Assembly: GCF_009834535.1 (NCBI RefSeq)
Contig: NC_045696.1
Location: forward strand, 112,098,001 to 112,158,000
Origin: Camelus ferus
Lineage: Eukaryota
DNA length: 60,000 nt
Reading direction: 5' to 3'
Of this stretch, positions 1 to 11,491 are shown piece after piece. Every line of letters starts with the position of its first letter. Position 1 is the stretch's first letter. A program made the position numbers and the translations under genes. The notes below the pieces were generated by a model that had not been told where the DNA came from, made no database searches, and saw only the letters and a program-made list of their open reading frames with translations.

Positions 1-61
1 CCTTTGGCAAAGAATAGACCCTCCTGCCTCTGAACAGCTCACTTCCTACTACTTCTGTCAC
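1..61 (-). other. RARB: Start of RAR-beta2 first exon (5' UTR), continuing off the left edge of the window
   Basis: Minus strand reads GTGACAGAAGTAGTAGGAAGTGAGCTGTTCAGAGGCAGGAGGGTCTATTCTTTGCCAAAGG, which I recognise as the RAR-beta2 mRNA 5' leader. It starts ~30 nt downstream of the TATA box. The exact TSS is approximate. Confidence 0.9.
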
Positions 62-84
62 ACAGAATGAAAGATTGAATTGCC

Positions 85-91
85 TAATATA
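85..91 (-). promoter_or_regulatory. RARB: TATA box of the RARB P2 promoter
   Basis: Minus strand TATATTA, 6 bp downstream of the beta-RARE, the known arrangement in this promoter. Confidence 0.9.
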
Positions 92-97
92 TGCGAG

Positions 98-114
98 TGA
101 ACTTTCGGTGAACC
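98..114 (-). promoter_or_regulatory. RARB: beta-RARE, canonical DR5 retinoic acid response element (RAR/RXR)
   Basis: Minus strand GGTTCA-CCGAA-AGTTCA in the context GGGAAGGGTTCACCGAAAGTTCACTCGCATATATTA, an exact match to the textbook RAR-beta2 RARE. Confidence 0.97.
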
Positions 115-127
115 CTTCCCGGGCTGC

Positions 128-144
128 TAACCTTCAAATGACCC
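128..144 (-). promoter_or_regulatory. RARB: Second (upstream) DR5-type element of the RARB P2 promoter
   Basis: Minus strand GGGTCA-TTTGA-AGGTTA. Confidence 0.8.
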
Positions 145-160
145 AGCGAGTCTGACATCA
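139..160 (-). promoter_or_regulatory. RARB: CRE-like site TGATGTCA (153-160) and overlapping DR8 (COUP-TF-type element)
   Basis: Minus strand TGATGTCA-GACTCGCT-GGGTCA: ATGTCA and GGGTCA half-sites 8 bp apart, as described for the human RAR-beta2 promoter. Confidence 0.75.
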
Positions 161-182
161 CCAGCTCCCAGGATTCTCACAG

Positions 183-560
183 AGCCGAGCACTCCCAGCA
201 GCCCCGCCGCGCGGGCGGCCAGCGGCCCGGGCGCGCGCTCCTCCCGCCCCGCGTCTCCCCTCCGCGCGGCGCGGAGCCGGGAGCGGCCGCGAGCAGCCGC
301 GGGAGCCCGGACGCCGCTCGGGGCCCGCCCGCCGGCTCCCTCCCTTTCCGCCTCGGTCCGCGGGGCTCCGCGCGGCCGCGCGCCCCACGCGCCCGCTTGC
401 CGCCCCCCGCGCCCCGGGCACGGCCCGTACATTCCTCTGTGCGCCTGTCTGTCTGTTCAGTTCCCCGTAACGGATGTGTTTTTCCACTCCTGAAAAAGCG
501 CGTGCAAACCCCAAACTGTAGCGCGAAGAAGGGCCGCCCCTCCGGGAAGCCCGGGGTCGA
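183..560. promoter_or_regulatory. CpG island with GC boxes upstream of RARB P2
   Basis: Dense CpG. Hand counts give 52/60 GC at 241-300 and 55/60 GC at 361-420. Several CCCGCC/CCGCCC GC boxes. Confidence 0.9.
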
Positions 561-809
561 GAAACTTTCCATTTGATAGCCTGTTTCTCTCTCTCCCTCT
601 TGCAGGCCAAAGGCATTGCATTTGCTCCTGAGGGAAAATCCAGCTTTCTGGACTCATTTGCTTCTTAAAAATTTCTCCCAAGTCTACATGCAGCATATGA
701 AGTGGGTCAAGAATTTGCTGAGAATTAGTCCTGCTCCCAGCCACACATGTAGTCACACACATGCAATCGCACATACAGACAGGATTTCAGGTCCTGATCT
801 GAGAAAACA

Positions 810-1030
810 TAACGTAGTGATCAAGTGCGTGGCCATGGGAGCCAGACCCAACTAGATTCCAACCCCAGTTCAACCACTTAGCAGCTGTACGATCTGGGAC
901 AAGGAGCTAACCTCTCCGAACCTCAGTTTCCTCATCTGTAAAATGGAAATATACTACCAGCCACCTCCGTGGGTTGGCAGGACAAAAAGAAACTGTTTGT
1001 ACAGCACTCAGTACACACCCTAGAACAATT
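810..1030 (+). mobile_element. MIR SINE
   Basis: MIR core CCTCAGTTTCCTCATCTGTAAAATGG with flanking MIR-like sequence. Confidence 0.85.
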
Positions 1031-4000
1031 AGCTGTGACTCATCTTATTTTCCCAGAAGCCCATGGAGGCTGAGACCTGCCCGGGGTCACACCGCTGAGA
1101 ACCATGCCCAGAATCCAACTCCTGGAATCCCAGACCATGGTGAAAATCACTTTGCCTTTCCAGAATAGCACCGGTGACCTCTCTCATCACACACACACGC
1201 TTGCACGCACACCACCACCACATAATTAAACACAGATTTTTGAGAACTGGTTAAGTGTGAAGGTTTTTATATTTCCAAGGGCCACTTTTCACCAATACTA
1301 GCCCCTGCCCAAACTTGGCTATTCATTAGAAGAGAGTAATTTTAAGAGAAAGGGATTATTTTTTGGTACCTCCCACAGTGAGCTGACCTAGAGGAAGAAG
1401 CCTTTACGGCCATCACTAGATGGACAGATGCAGTATTTACAGCTAACCCCAGGCAGAATGCCTCAAAAGGGAGAGCCAATCCACCCTGCAGCCATGTTGC
1501 ACAACTTGCTTAAAGGAGGCAATGTACATCAAAGAAAGGGAACTCTGGGGAGGAATTAAGACACCTTGTGTCCTCCACTGCATCTCCAGTGTTGACTATT
1601 CTCCCACAGAGCAGGGAGGGTAAGTGGGCGGGCATGAGGGAAAGAGCGCCACTCCAGTCTCCTTTCTGTGGCTAGTGCTGGAATGTGCCTTGGCATTCAA
1701 GTCTTTTTAAAAGCCCATCAAGGGCACCCCGCCCCGTGCAGTGCAGCTGCTTTGCTGGGCTAGCAAGAGTTGCTAAGTGGCACTCGCGGTATAACATGAA
1801 AAGTATGCATTGCACACACTTACGGTACATTCAAACAATTTTCAGCCCAGCAAGCTCAGTTCTTGCATTTGAAAAGTCCAAGGCAATAATGGGGTAAGAT
1901 TTTGCTGAAAATATGTGTTTGTTATTTTTCTCTGTGCCTCTTTCTCTTGCATATGGCTTATCATTTTGTAACAGAGCTTTATTATAAGAAAGCCTTTGAC
2001 AACAAAGAAAACACACATTTAAACAAGGAGCACAGAGGGATTTACAAAACATTTAACATACTGTCATTGAGATAGTTGTAAAGATATCCAAAGCACTACA
2101 TTATGTGCCAGTTTCTACCTGGTCCACAAGACTAGTAGCTCCAATGCTTATTTAAGGTCCTTAGAGTTCCTTGCAAACAGGGCTCATTTTATACAAGATC
2201 ATGGAGGTGCATGAAAAGTCATTTGAGGAGTGGAGAGGAGGCAGCAATATTTAAAGTACAGTGGGAGGAACTAAGTTAGAGATGAGAAACATGGCATCAT
2301 GGCCAGGTGCGTGTGTAAGGGTATCTGTTACCTGTGCACATCCATCCTTAGCATCTTTCCAAAGGACGGGGTGCCACCGGTCACAAAGAAGTGAGCATGG
2401 GGGTGGTATACCCCAAATTCTGTTTACCCTCATTTCTTAAGATAGAGTATCAGTCTCATCTAGGGAGACAGCTGCTCCCAAATTTCTTTCCTCAATACTA
2501 TGTCCTGACACGAAAACAATAACAAAGATAATGTGCGTGTGTCTGTGTGTCTCTGCGTGTGGGTGTGTGTGTTAGGGGTTAAGAGATTGGTGTTTCCTCT
2601 TTTTGCACAAGAAACTTTTAAATTTCTAATCACCTCGGAACCCAGTTCTCCTAACTGTAGAGAAATAAACTTGAGCCTTGAATGATCAGTGTTTAAATCC
2701 TTGCGAGTAGAACATTATGGTTTTTTAATAGTGCATCCATATTCACTAGTCAATTCATCATTTCTCATCATGAATTGATTATGCAGATAGCAACTGTTAG
2801 GGCTATTACTTAATCTAAGTGTTAATTTATAAAGCAGCCCCCCAATTTAGCCACACGTTTCTTTTATCATGTCTTCATCAGTCAGCCTGATTCTTATTCT
2901 TCTTAAAAACTTGATTCTTCCTCTAAATTCTTCATCTGAAGTAGAATTAAGGAAAGATACACAAGTAAGCCACATTCACCATAAAGATTAATGAACAGGT
3001 AGAAGGTGAAAAATGGCCAAGTTAATTTGTTGATAATGAAGTTTAAACAACTGACACCTATTTTAAACATTAATCAGAGAGTTAATTTGGAAGAATGCTA
3101 TTCTAAATATCCTCTTAGTAGGGCAGAAAATAACATTCTGATAGGTGTCATCGCCTCCAGTTTCTTTGTGTTTGACCAATGAGGAAAGGGGCTCTAGCAG
3201 AAGTATTTCCAACCACAAACACAAAAACAAAAGTTTGAGCCCCAAATTCATTTTGTTTCAAAGTAACTGTATATTTGTCAGTGTGACACAGCACATTTGA
3301 AACCCATAATCATAAAACAAAAATTTATAGTCAGGGTTCAGGGTCTACATCTGTTTCTCTGGTTTTTGTACAGCAATTACCCACTGGACAATCCAGAAAG
3401 AAACACCATGAATCATGCTCGGCAAACATGTTTGAACTGGAGAGTTTCGTGAAGAAAGAGCAGGCGTCTCTTGCACCAGTCTTACAGCCGGCCGTGTTCA
3501 AAATTGGTCAAATGCCTTGTGATGTCTAAATAAAAAGATTCTCACAGGCGCAGACACATCCACCCCAGGCACAAGTCATGCAAAGTGCAGGCAGACATTG
3601 GGGTGGGGAGGCGGGAGGTGGACACTGATCGTTTTAAAAAGACACACCTGCCTCTTCCATGTTTCTTTTTGGTTTTATTTTTATTTATTTATTTTTACTT
3701 TTTTTTTATTATTATTAATCTCATATAAACCCTTTTTGCCACAATTCTCCCCCCCAAAAAATGTCAGTATTTAGTGAGTGGGCTTCCAGCAGGGAAACCA
3801 AGGCAGGGAGGTGTCGCCAGCACAAGGCAAGTGCTGAACTGTTCCCAGGGCTTCTGCACCCCCAGGCCGAGCCGCTTTCCCATCTGGGAGCTGGGGAAGT
3901 TCTAATGCTGATCAACCCAAGAATGCGCCCCGGCCGGTCCATCTGAACATCTGCTCAGGGACCAGGGCTGGTGGCGGCCGTGATCTTAGACCAGCAGGCA

Positions 4001-4744
4001 GCAACTACTTCCCAAACATGCAGCTTTCTCCCTGCAGAGACTGGGTCTTCTCAGGGCCCAAGAAACATTTGTTCGTCCTCAGAAATGTCTCTCCACCTTG
4101 AGGGCTGGCCACTGCGTCCTGCCTTCATTTGGTCCCCTTCTCCCCGGCTGCCTGCTTTTTCCAGTTTCCCGGATGAAATCTTTCCACCGGTTACTTACAG
4201 ACATTGCCCCCAGACAGGGCCACCCCCTACCTTTCTACACCCCACTGGCCCTGCTTTCGCTGTGTGTGGCTCATGACGATGCCTTTCCAGCCCTCCAGTT
4301 TCTGCTAGTCCCACCTTGAAATCCAACTCCTGGCCCTATGAGACCCCTCAGTGCCAGCAACCAGCTGGAGAAAGCGGCGTGGTGGGTGGGTGGGGGGCGG
4401 GTAATCTCTCTGTGGCTATTTCCTCTTGTCCGTTTTTTCCTCTTTTTAATTTAGGTTTTTTAAAAAAGTAATGCACTTCCATAAAAACTCAGAATAGAGT
4501 CTAGAAGATATAAAATGAAAACTGATGTGTCATCCCTCTGTGTAGTCAGTCATCAGATGCTGAGCACCTGCCATGTGCCAGGTACTGGGCACACGTTCCT
4601 ATACCTTTTGGGGGGCATTGTGTGTTTCCTTTTATATTTATACAAATGTAATCAAATAATACATCTTTTCAGCAGTGTTTTCTATTTAGTAATATTTCTT
4701 AAAATTCCTTCAAAATAAACAGTACACATAGAACTGGCTCACTA

Positions 4745-4909
4745 GGGGGAGGGTACAGCTCAGTGGTAGAGTGGGTGCTTAGCATGCACAAGGTCCTGGG
4801 TTCAATCCCCAGTACCTCCACTAAAAAACAGAATAAAATAAAAAACTGATTAAAAAAATATATAAAGAAACTTAATTACCTCCCCCCCAAAACAAAAACA
4901 ATTTTTAAA
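4745..4909 (+). mobile_element. tRNA-Ala-derived camelid SINE (Vic-1 type)
   Basis: GGGGAGGGTACAGCTCAGTGGTAGAG...GCTTAGCATGCACAAGGTCCTGGGTTCAATCCCCAGTACCTCCA with A and B boxes and an A-rich tail. Diverged TSD AGAACTGGCTCACTA (4730-4744) / AGAACTATCTCATTA (4910-4924). Confidence 0.85.
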
Positions 4910-4924
4910 AGAACTATCTCATTA

Positions 4925-5875
4925 AAAACAACAAACAATACTTTAAAAAAACAATTAAAAAATGGACAGATGACCTGAATAGACATTTTTCCAAAGAAGA
5001 CATACAGATGGCCAACAGGCACACGAAAAAGTGCTCAACAACACTAATTATTAGAGAAATGCGAATCAAAATTACAATAAGATATCATCTCACACCTGTC
5101 AGAATGACTATCGTCAAAAAGACCACAAATAACAAGTGTTGTTGAGAACGTGGGGAAAAGGGAATCCTCAAACACTATTGGTGGGAATGTGAGTTGGTGC
5201 AGCCACTCTGGAAGATGGTATAGAGATTCCTAAAAAAAAAAAAAAAAAATAGAACTACTATATGACCCAGCAATTCCACTCCAGGATATATATCCAAAAA
5301 GCCCGAAGACACTAATTTGAAAAAATACTTGCACACTAATGTTCATAACAGTATTATTTACAATAGCCAAGACAGGGAAGCAACCAAAGTGCCCCTCAAC
5401 AGGTGAATGGATATAGATGAGTCTGTACAATGAAATACGTATATTCAGCCATGAAAAAGAATTTAATTCTGCCACTTGCAACACATGGACGGACCTGGAG
5501 GGCATTAGGCTTAGTGAAATAAATCAGAAAAAGACAAATACTCTGTTATCACTTACATGTGGAATCTAAAAAGCAAAACAAATATTGAGTATAACAAAAC
5601 AGAAACAGGTTCATAGATACAGAAAACAAACTAGTGTTACCAGTGGGGAGGCGGATTAGGGGAGGGGCCAGCTAGCGGTAGGGGATTAAGAGATACAAAC
5701 TACTATCCATAAAATAGATAAACAACAAGGATCTATTGTAAAGCACAGGGAAATAGAGAGATTCTTTTGTAACAACTTTTAATGAAGGGTAACCTATAAA
5801 AATACTGAATAACTACTCTGTACACTTGAAGCTAACATAATATTGTAAATCAATTATACTTCAGTTAAACAACAA
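4925..5875 (+). mobile_element. 5'-truncated L1 (ORF2 3' end + cetartiodactyl-type 3' UTR)
   Basis: Typical L1 motifs AGACATTTTTCCAAAGAAGACATACAGATGGCCAAC, TATGACCCAGCAATTCCACTC and AGCACAGGGAA...CTGTACACTTGAAGCTAACATAATATTGTAAATCAATTATACTTCA. Flanked by old minus-strand L1M-like sequence (~4440-4730, ~5880-6110). Confidence 0.9.
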
Positions 5876-6128
5876 CTAAACTGTATTCCTTTACCTGAAT
5901 GGACTGTAACTCGTTGAACAGTGCTCAGCCACTGGACATTTGGGTTGTTTCCCGATTTCCAGAGTTGTAAGAAACCCTGTGGGTATGTGTACTGAAACAT
6001 CTGCTGAATAAAATTCTATAGTAGCGGTGTGGCCAGGGCAAAGATGAGGTGCATTTTAAAATTTGATGGCCACACAAAATAGGATTCCAGAATGATTATG
6101 CTACTATATATTGGTCTTTTGTTCTAAA

Positions 6129-6343
6129 AGAGAAGTCAGTGGACTTTTTTCTGTACGGGGCATAGGAAATGTTTTAGGCTTTGCATGCTATACATTTTCT
6201 GTTTCGACTGCTCAACTCTGTGGCTGTGGAATAAAGGAGCCATAGACCACACGTAAGTGACGTGTGTGTGCTTACTAAAATTTTATTTACAAAAACCAGC
6301 GGTGAACTGGATTGACCCAGGGACTACAGTTTGTCCACTCTCT
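6129..6343. mobile_element. MER58A-like hAT-Charlie MITE
   Basis: TTTTAGGCTTTGC...CTCAACTCTG...GCCATAGAC...TAAAATTTTATTTACAAAAAC matches the MER58A layout. Confidence 0.8.
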
Positions 6344-7114
6344 CTAAACCGATATTTAACAGTTTCACCAAATTCTATGTTGCCTTGTCTCCAGCCTGTA
6401 AAACTGAGCCATATACATTTGGGTTTTGTTTTTTTTTTTTAACACTTTGACTTTCCTTCTCCTTTAAAAGCTTCCCCCAATTTCAGCTTGTGTACCACAC
6501 AAAGAATAATATGGCTCTTTTATTACATTGCTTCATGCAAAGTCCTTGTTATTTCTCTCTTGGCTAATAATTTCCCACTTTCCTCCTTCTCTCTCTTCAC
6601 TTCCTTCTGCAAGTGGTGGGGGAGGCTCTGTGTCTCTCCTTCAGATGAGCCCAGATGACTCTATGCTTCATTTCTTCCACCACCGAACCCTGCTTTAAAA
6701 ATAATTCTTTTCATCAGTTCCCTCTCCCGCTACCAATGGCGGTATTTGGGAAATGGAAAATGAAACAATGACTCCTGAGAACAAACGCCAACGGCACCAC
6801 CATGCTACAACTCCAGGATCCTTCTGCCTGGATTCTTTTTTCTGTCTCATCTCAATACATCTTCCAATGAGCTAAGAGTAGGTGTGCCACCTAGTTGGGA
6901 GAGTGCTGAGAAGATCAGCGAGACTCTTTTCAGGATGGAAAGAAGCACAAAGGATGCTAAGAGTGCTTTGTAATTATTTCACCTTAATATTATTAATAAA
7001 GGATAATGTCTCTAGGTGAGAAGCCTTCCTAAAGCCTAGTTCAGCACTTAATTTTTTTTTAGCTCATATGTATGAACAGAGGCTATAAGCTGGCTCTTAA
7101 ACTGTGCTGCTTGA

Positions 7115-7277
7115 ATTAATTAAAATTCAATACAATTCAAAACTTGGTTCCTCAGTCATCTTAGCCACATGGCAAGTGCTCGAAAGCCACATGTGGCTGG
7201 TGGCTGTCATGTCAATTGGACAGCATACATACAGAACATTTTCGTCATCTTGGAAAGTTCTATTGGACCAGGATGCT
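7115..7277. mobile_element. MER3/MER33-like hAT-Charlie fragment
   Basis: TAGCCACAT...CAAGTGCTC...AGCCACATGTGGCT...GAAAGTTCTATTGGAC. Confidence 0.75.
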
Positions 7278-7302
7278 TAAAAGGCAAGCTGGGGGATCAG
7301 AG

Positions 7303-7545
7303 AGGCGGTGCAGCATGGCGAGTGGAGCCGTGGATTCCAGACAGGGACTGAGTTTCACCTCTAGCTTCACCTCTTACCAGCCGTGTGACCCTGGCAAGTT
7401 TCTTAACCTATGGATGGCTTAATTCCTTCCCTGTAAAATGCAGATATTAATGCCACCTACCTTAAAGCGTTGTGGTAAAGATTAAATGAGGTAATACAGG
7501 TAGAAAGCCCTTAGAACACTGCCTGAGATACAATAAATACTTCTA
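7303..7545 (+). mobile_element. Near full-length MIR
   Basis: GTGTGACCCTGGCAAGTTTCTTAACCT...CTGTAAAATG...AAGATTAAATGAGGTAAT...CTTAGAACACTGCCTG. Confidence 0.9.
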
Positions 7546-8006
7546 AAAAATGTTAGTGGGGTGTCTGTAAGGAGAAAGGGAAGTCAGGAACACAGAGCTC
7601 AAACGCTCCTCAGCTACCACTGGTACCAGGTACAGAGAATCTTCTGTCAGGGAAGAAATTTGCCACCAGGATGCACATCTCGGGATGGGGGGTTCCAGGC
7701 ATATGTAATGTGGGCAAGTTCCCCGAGAGACTTTGCTCAATATGCCTGGTTTAAGTTCAAAAGCATGGAAGCATTTTTACCTACATTATATTAAAAAAGG
7801 ATGGTTTCTTTATTTTACAAAATGGACACTAAGTCAGACCGACAGTGATATATCTGACAAGCTCCACCCTCTTGCTCCTGGGGGAGGCAGACGGCAGATC
7901 GCAGGGCTTGCTGCTTTCTGCAGCGGTGTTCAGCCTCAGGAACACAAGACCAGTTATGGTTAATTAAATGGCAAGGATATTGTACAAAAATGGAAGATTT
8001 GCATTA

Positions 8007-8170
8007 TTTATCTATCTTATCTTTCCATCCATCCATCCATCCACCCACTCACTTATCTACTTCACCTATCCACTCACCCCTCCATTACCCATCTACCCAT
8101 CCATCTACCCTTCTAGTTATCCACTCACCACTCATCCATCTGCCCATCTTCCACCCCTGATCCAGCTACC
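8007..8170 (+). repeat. Degenerate (CCAT/CTAT)n simple repeat
   Basis: CCATCCATCCATCCATCCACCC... pyrimidine-rich tetranucleotide tract. Confidence 0.85.
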
Positions 8171-8654
8171 AAAGGTGATGAAGGGAGGCAGACAATATCT
8201 AGAGTAAGGAGGGGGCAAAGGTAAAGCTTCTCAGATCTTTCTCTAGAATTCTTGAAAAGGATTCGAGGAGATGTGCCAGCAGAAGTAAGGTCAAAGGCAC
8301 TGACCGCTGATGATTTTAGTTAAACAGTTTTGGTCAATCAGGTTGTGGCTGGGGAGCCCTCAGACCTGACACCGATCTCTGAGAGCATCTCAGGATTTGA
8401 AATGCTAATGAACAAGTTCTATTAGCAACACAAAAGTTTCCAACTCAGAGGGAAAGCAAAAGGCCCCAAAGGAATTTCCATTAGATTCTGCGGGGAGAGG
8501 GAATGTAAAAAGTAGCAAATACATCAGAGAGGCCACTGGGGAGGGAATGGAGTTTAAATGCGTCCCAGTGTCTCACAGAGGAAAAGGCAAATAAAAAGCC
8601 AAATGCGATTGAAAATTAAAGATAGAAATCTCTGGAAAATTTCTTTTGGGGAAA

Positions 8655-8750
8655 CAATATGTATATTGTATATATGTACATTACACACATATATTGTATA
8701 TGTGTACATTACACACAGAAACACACGTACAATATGAAAACAATATAAAT
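8655..8750 (+). repeat. Degenerate (TA)/(CA) low-complexity repeat
   Basis: Alternating purine-pyrimidine tract containing GTACATTACACACA twice. Confidence 0.75.
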
Positions 8751-9639
8751 ATTTTTGATAAAAAAATCGTTTTTTCTCTCTTTTCAAACTGTAGGGTATA
8801 AAGTCACTTTCTCAACATCTACCTCAACCAAGGTCTAAGAAAACCTCTGTTTGAGAGGATATGTGGTTGCTTTCAAAATTAGTTTTTGACTTTTTATCAT
8901 TGTTTGCTTTTTTTTGTTTTGAGTTAGAGATGCTTCAGAAAAAGTTAGCTGGGATTTTTCCGAAGGCAACAGTTCCAAAAGTTAACCTATAAGCAGGGGA
9001 AGGCAGAAAGGGAAAGAATAGTCAGAAATATGAAACTAGCTCCCCTCTCTGTATAAGCAAAATAGAAAAATAAAATAATAATAAAAGTAAGCTCATGGCC
9101 GTCCTTCCCAAAGCAGGACAATCCCAGGGCTTCACGCCCAAGGCTACGTAATGAACATTCCCAGGGTTGGGGTAAAGTACTGTCCCTGCTCTGATGGGAC
9201 ATTCTACTTGGTGAACACAAAGACACAGGCCTTCGGAGAATTAGGTGTGAAGAACGCTGAGTTTCTAGGAGTGGAAATGGAGAACTCTGAGCCTGGAGCG
9301 CAGTCGGCGCTCTGTGCGTAGTGGCCTCGTGGCTCTGGGAATCTGACACTCCTTCTGAGCCTTACCTAGCCTTCACATAAGATAACACCTACTTCAAATC
9401 ACACTGTTTACTTCAAGAGAATATTAGGTTGAAGAATTAAGTGAAATCATGTATGAGAAAGATTTTTATAAATCTCTGAAGTATTATGTAATGTATGGCA
9501 TTACTATTTACATATTAGGTAAAAAACGAACCAAAAAAAGTTGTCACTTCGTTTTATAAATTCTGTGGCCAACTGCTAACTCCAGCCTCCCTCTTAATTC
9601 CCAGTCCCCTTAAAAAAAACTATGATAATAGATATTTTT

Positions 9640-10054
9640 AGCTGAGCACCCCTAGATAGAGACAGCCTCCTGTGCATCCAGGTGTGGCCACATGACCACA
9701 GTCTCATCCATAAAATGTGATCAGAAGTGCTGTGTGCAAGTTCAATGTCACTTCCTATAAAACTAATTTCCCATCTTCCACCATGTATCCTGCCCACTGA
9801 AATAGTGTGGGTCCCAGCAGAGACCCGGACAGTAAAGATGAGGACAGCAGCCCCGGGGCGGGGGAGGGCGTTGGGGCCAAGCCTTACGATGGAGGGTACC
9901 TGAGTCTCTGAATGTCCACGTGCAGCACAGCTACGCAGCCAGCCTGGACCACTTATCCCCAGACAATCACGTGAGAGAAGTTAACTTTATCTTATGGATA
10001 CCATCATAGTTCGGATCTCTTTTGAAATCAAGTTTAGTCTGTATGCTAATTAAT
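9640..10054 (+). mobile_element. Old MaLR LTR (MLT1J/K-like)
   Basis: AGGTGTGGCCACATGAC...CAGAAGTG...GCCAGCCTGGAC...ACGTGAGAGAAG..AACTTTATCTT, MLT1-type landmarks. Confidence 0.65.
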
Positions 10055-10716
10055 CGTCTCCTTTGATGTGTTTAAAATTCAAAAGAAGGAAAACAATGAT
10101 CTTGGCATTCCTCAGGCCACCGCCCTGCCCCGCCCTGCGCTGTCTGTCTCCTTTATGTTAAAGATCTGTCCTTCTTTTCTGGTTGGGCTGGGGTCTTCTC
10201 TCCTTTCTTGCGGAGGGCAGGCCAGCGGCAGGAAGCACAGCTGATGTCCACTCCCACCCTTCCTGCAGATTCAGAGGCAGTCTTTCCCCAGTTTTTCTGT
10301 GTGGCAGAGACAGAATGTGACGATGCTCTGCAGAAGCTCTCACTTCTGACTTGACCTTTACCAGCTGCTTCCAAGGAACGGCTCGCATCCCGGCTGAGGC
10401 TGGTTCTGGCCACACGGGGGGCACTGGGGAGGGGCAAGGCAGCCCTCGAAGCTCCACTAATGTTGTGACTACGTAAAGCAATTGATGGAGGGGTGAGGGG
10501 AGGCTAGTGGAATAAAAATGAGTTGGGAGACTGGAGAGCTAACTTTCCGCTAGCAGCTTGTGAGAACGTGTCTAGTCTGATGTAATCAGCAATGGGAGCA
10601 AGATGTTTGACTCACGGTGGCAAATACATGGCTGAGGCCCCCTGTGAGCCCGTGACAAGATTACTAATGTGTCCCCATGAAAGACCCAGGTAAGACTGTC
10701 CAGCACTGCACTAGTC

Positions 10717-10960
10717 CAGAGGCTGGCAGACTTCAAGGGCCAAATCAAGCGCACCAGTATAGTAAAGACCATCCAAATCCAGCTCATCCAGTAAAATAAA
10801 GCTTTACTAGAGCACAGCACACTCGCCTTTGTTTACGTATTGTCTACGACGGCTTTCAACCAGTGACAGAGTTAAATGATTGCAACCAAAATGGTATGTT
10901 CGACAAAGCTGAAAATATTTATGATCTAGACCTTGATAGAAAAAAATTTACTGACTCCTG
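10717..10960. mobile_element. MER58A-like MITE (opposite orientation to the 6.1 kb copy)
   Basis: GTAAAATAAAGCTTTACTAGAGCACAGC...TTTACGTATTGTCTA...AAAATATTTA...ACTGACTCCTG. Confidence 0.8.
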
Positions 10961-11089
10961 CTGTAGGCATTCGCCACTAGTCCATTGGAATTGGCTTTGA
11001 AGATGAAATCTACCATTAGTCCTGGAATTGGGTAATATAGAGTATTCCTTCAAGAGCTAAAATTCTCAATTCAAATACCCCGAGAACCC

Positions 11090-11491
11090 TCTGCAGCTAT
11101 TTTTAAAGTGTCCCAAATACACTCCTTCAGCACATTTGAGTTTATTTTGCTCTGCCTTGGATACCAACTCTTTGCTTCTGGATACCAACAAGACTTATGC
11201 TATCCTTTTCTTCAGGCCTTTATAACTATGTTGCCTTAATCGAGATACTAAGATCCTATTTAAAATAGGACTCATGGTCATGTCCATCACTGTCTGTTCC
11301 TTGACCCTACATTTCAAAATTTATAGACATTATTATTACCTGGCATACATTTGTTCTTTATCATTTGTCTCCTATAGTAGAAACTAATCTCCTTGAGGGC
11401 AGCAACTCTGTCCAGTTCACTGTGATGGCCTCAATATTAAGAACAGCACATGACACATAATAATCCTTCAATAGATATTTGCTGAATGAAT
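11090..11491 (+). mobile_element. L2 3' end
   Basis: CTCCTTGAGGGCAG...GTTCACTG...AGAACAG...TCAATAGATATTTGCTGAATGAAT terminal signature. Confidence 0.75.

Noticed and set aside
127..616. Three overlapping minus-strand ORFs (101-152 aa) over the CpG island
   Set aside because: Arg/Gly/Ala/Pro-rich products typical of stop-poor GC-rich DNA. They overlap the RARB promoter and resemble no protein I recognise.
10352..10359. NBRE AAAGGTCA (reverse), with further copies near 16.8 and 30.6 kb
   Set aside because: An 8-mer is expected about twice by chance in 60 kb over both strands, and there is no supporting context.
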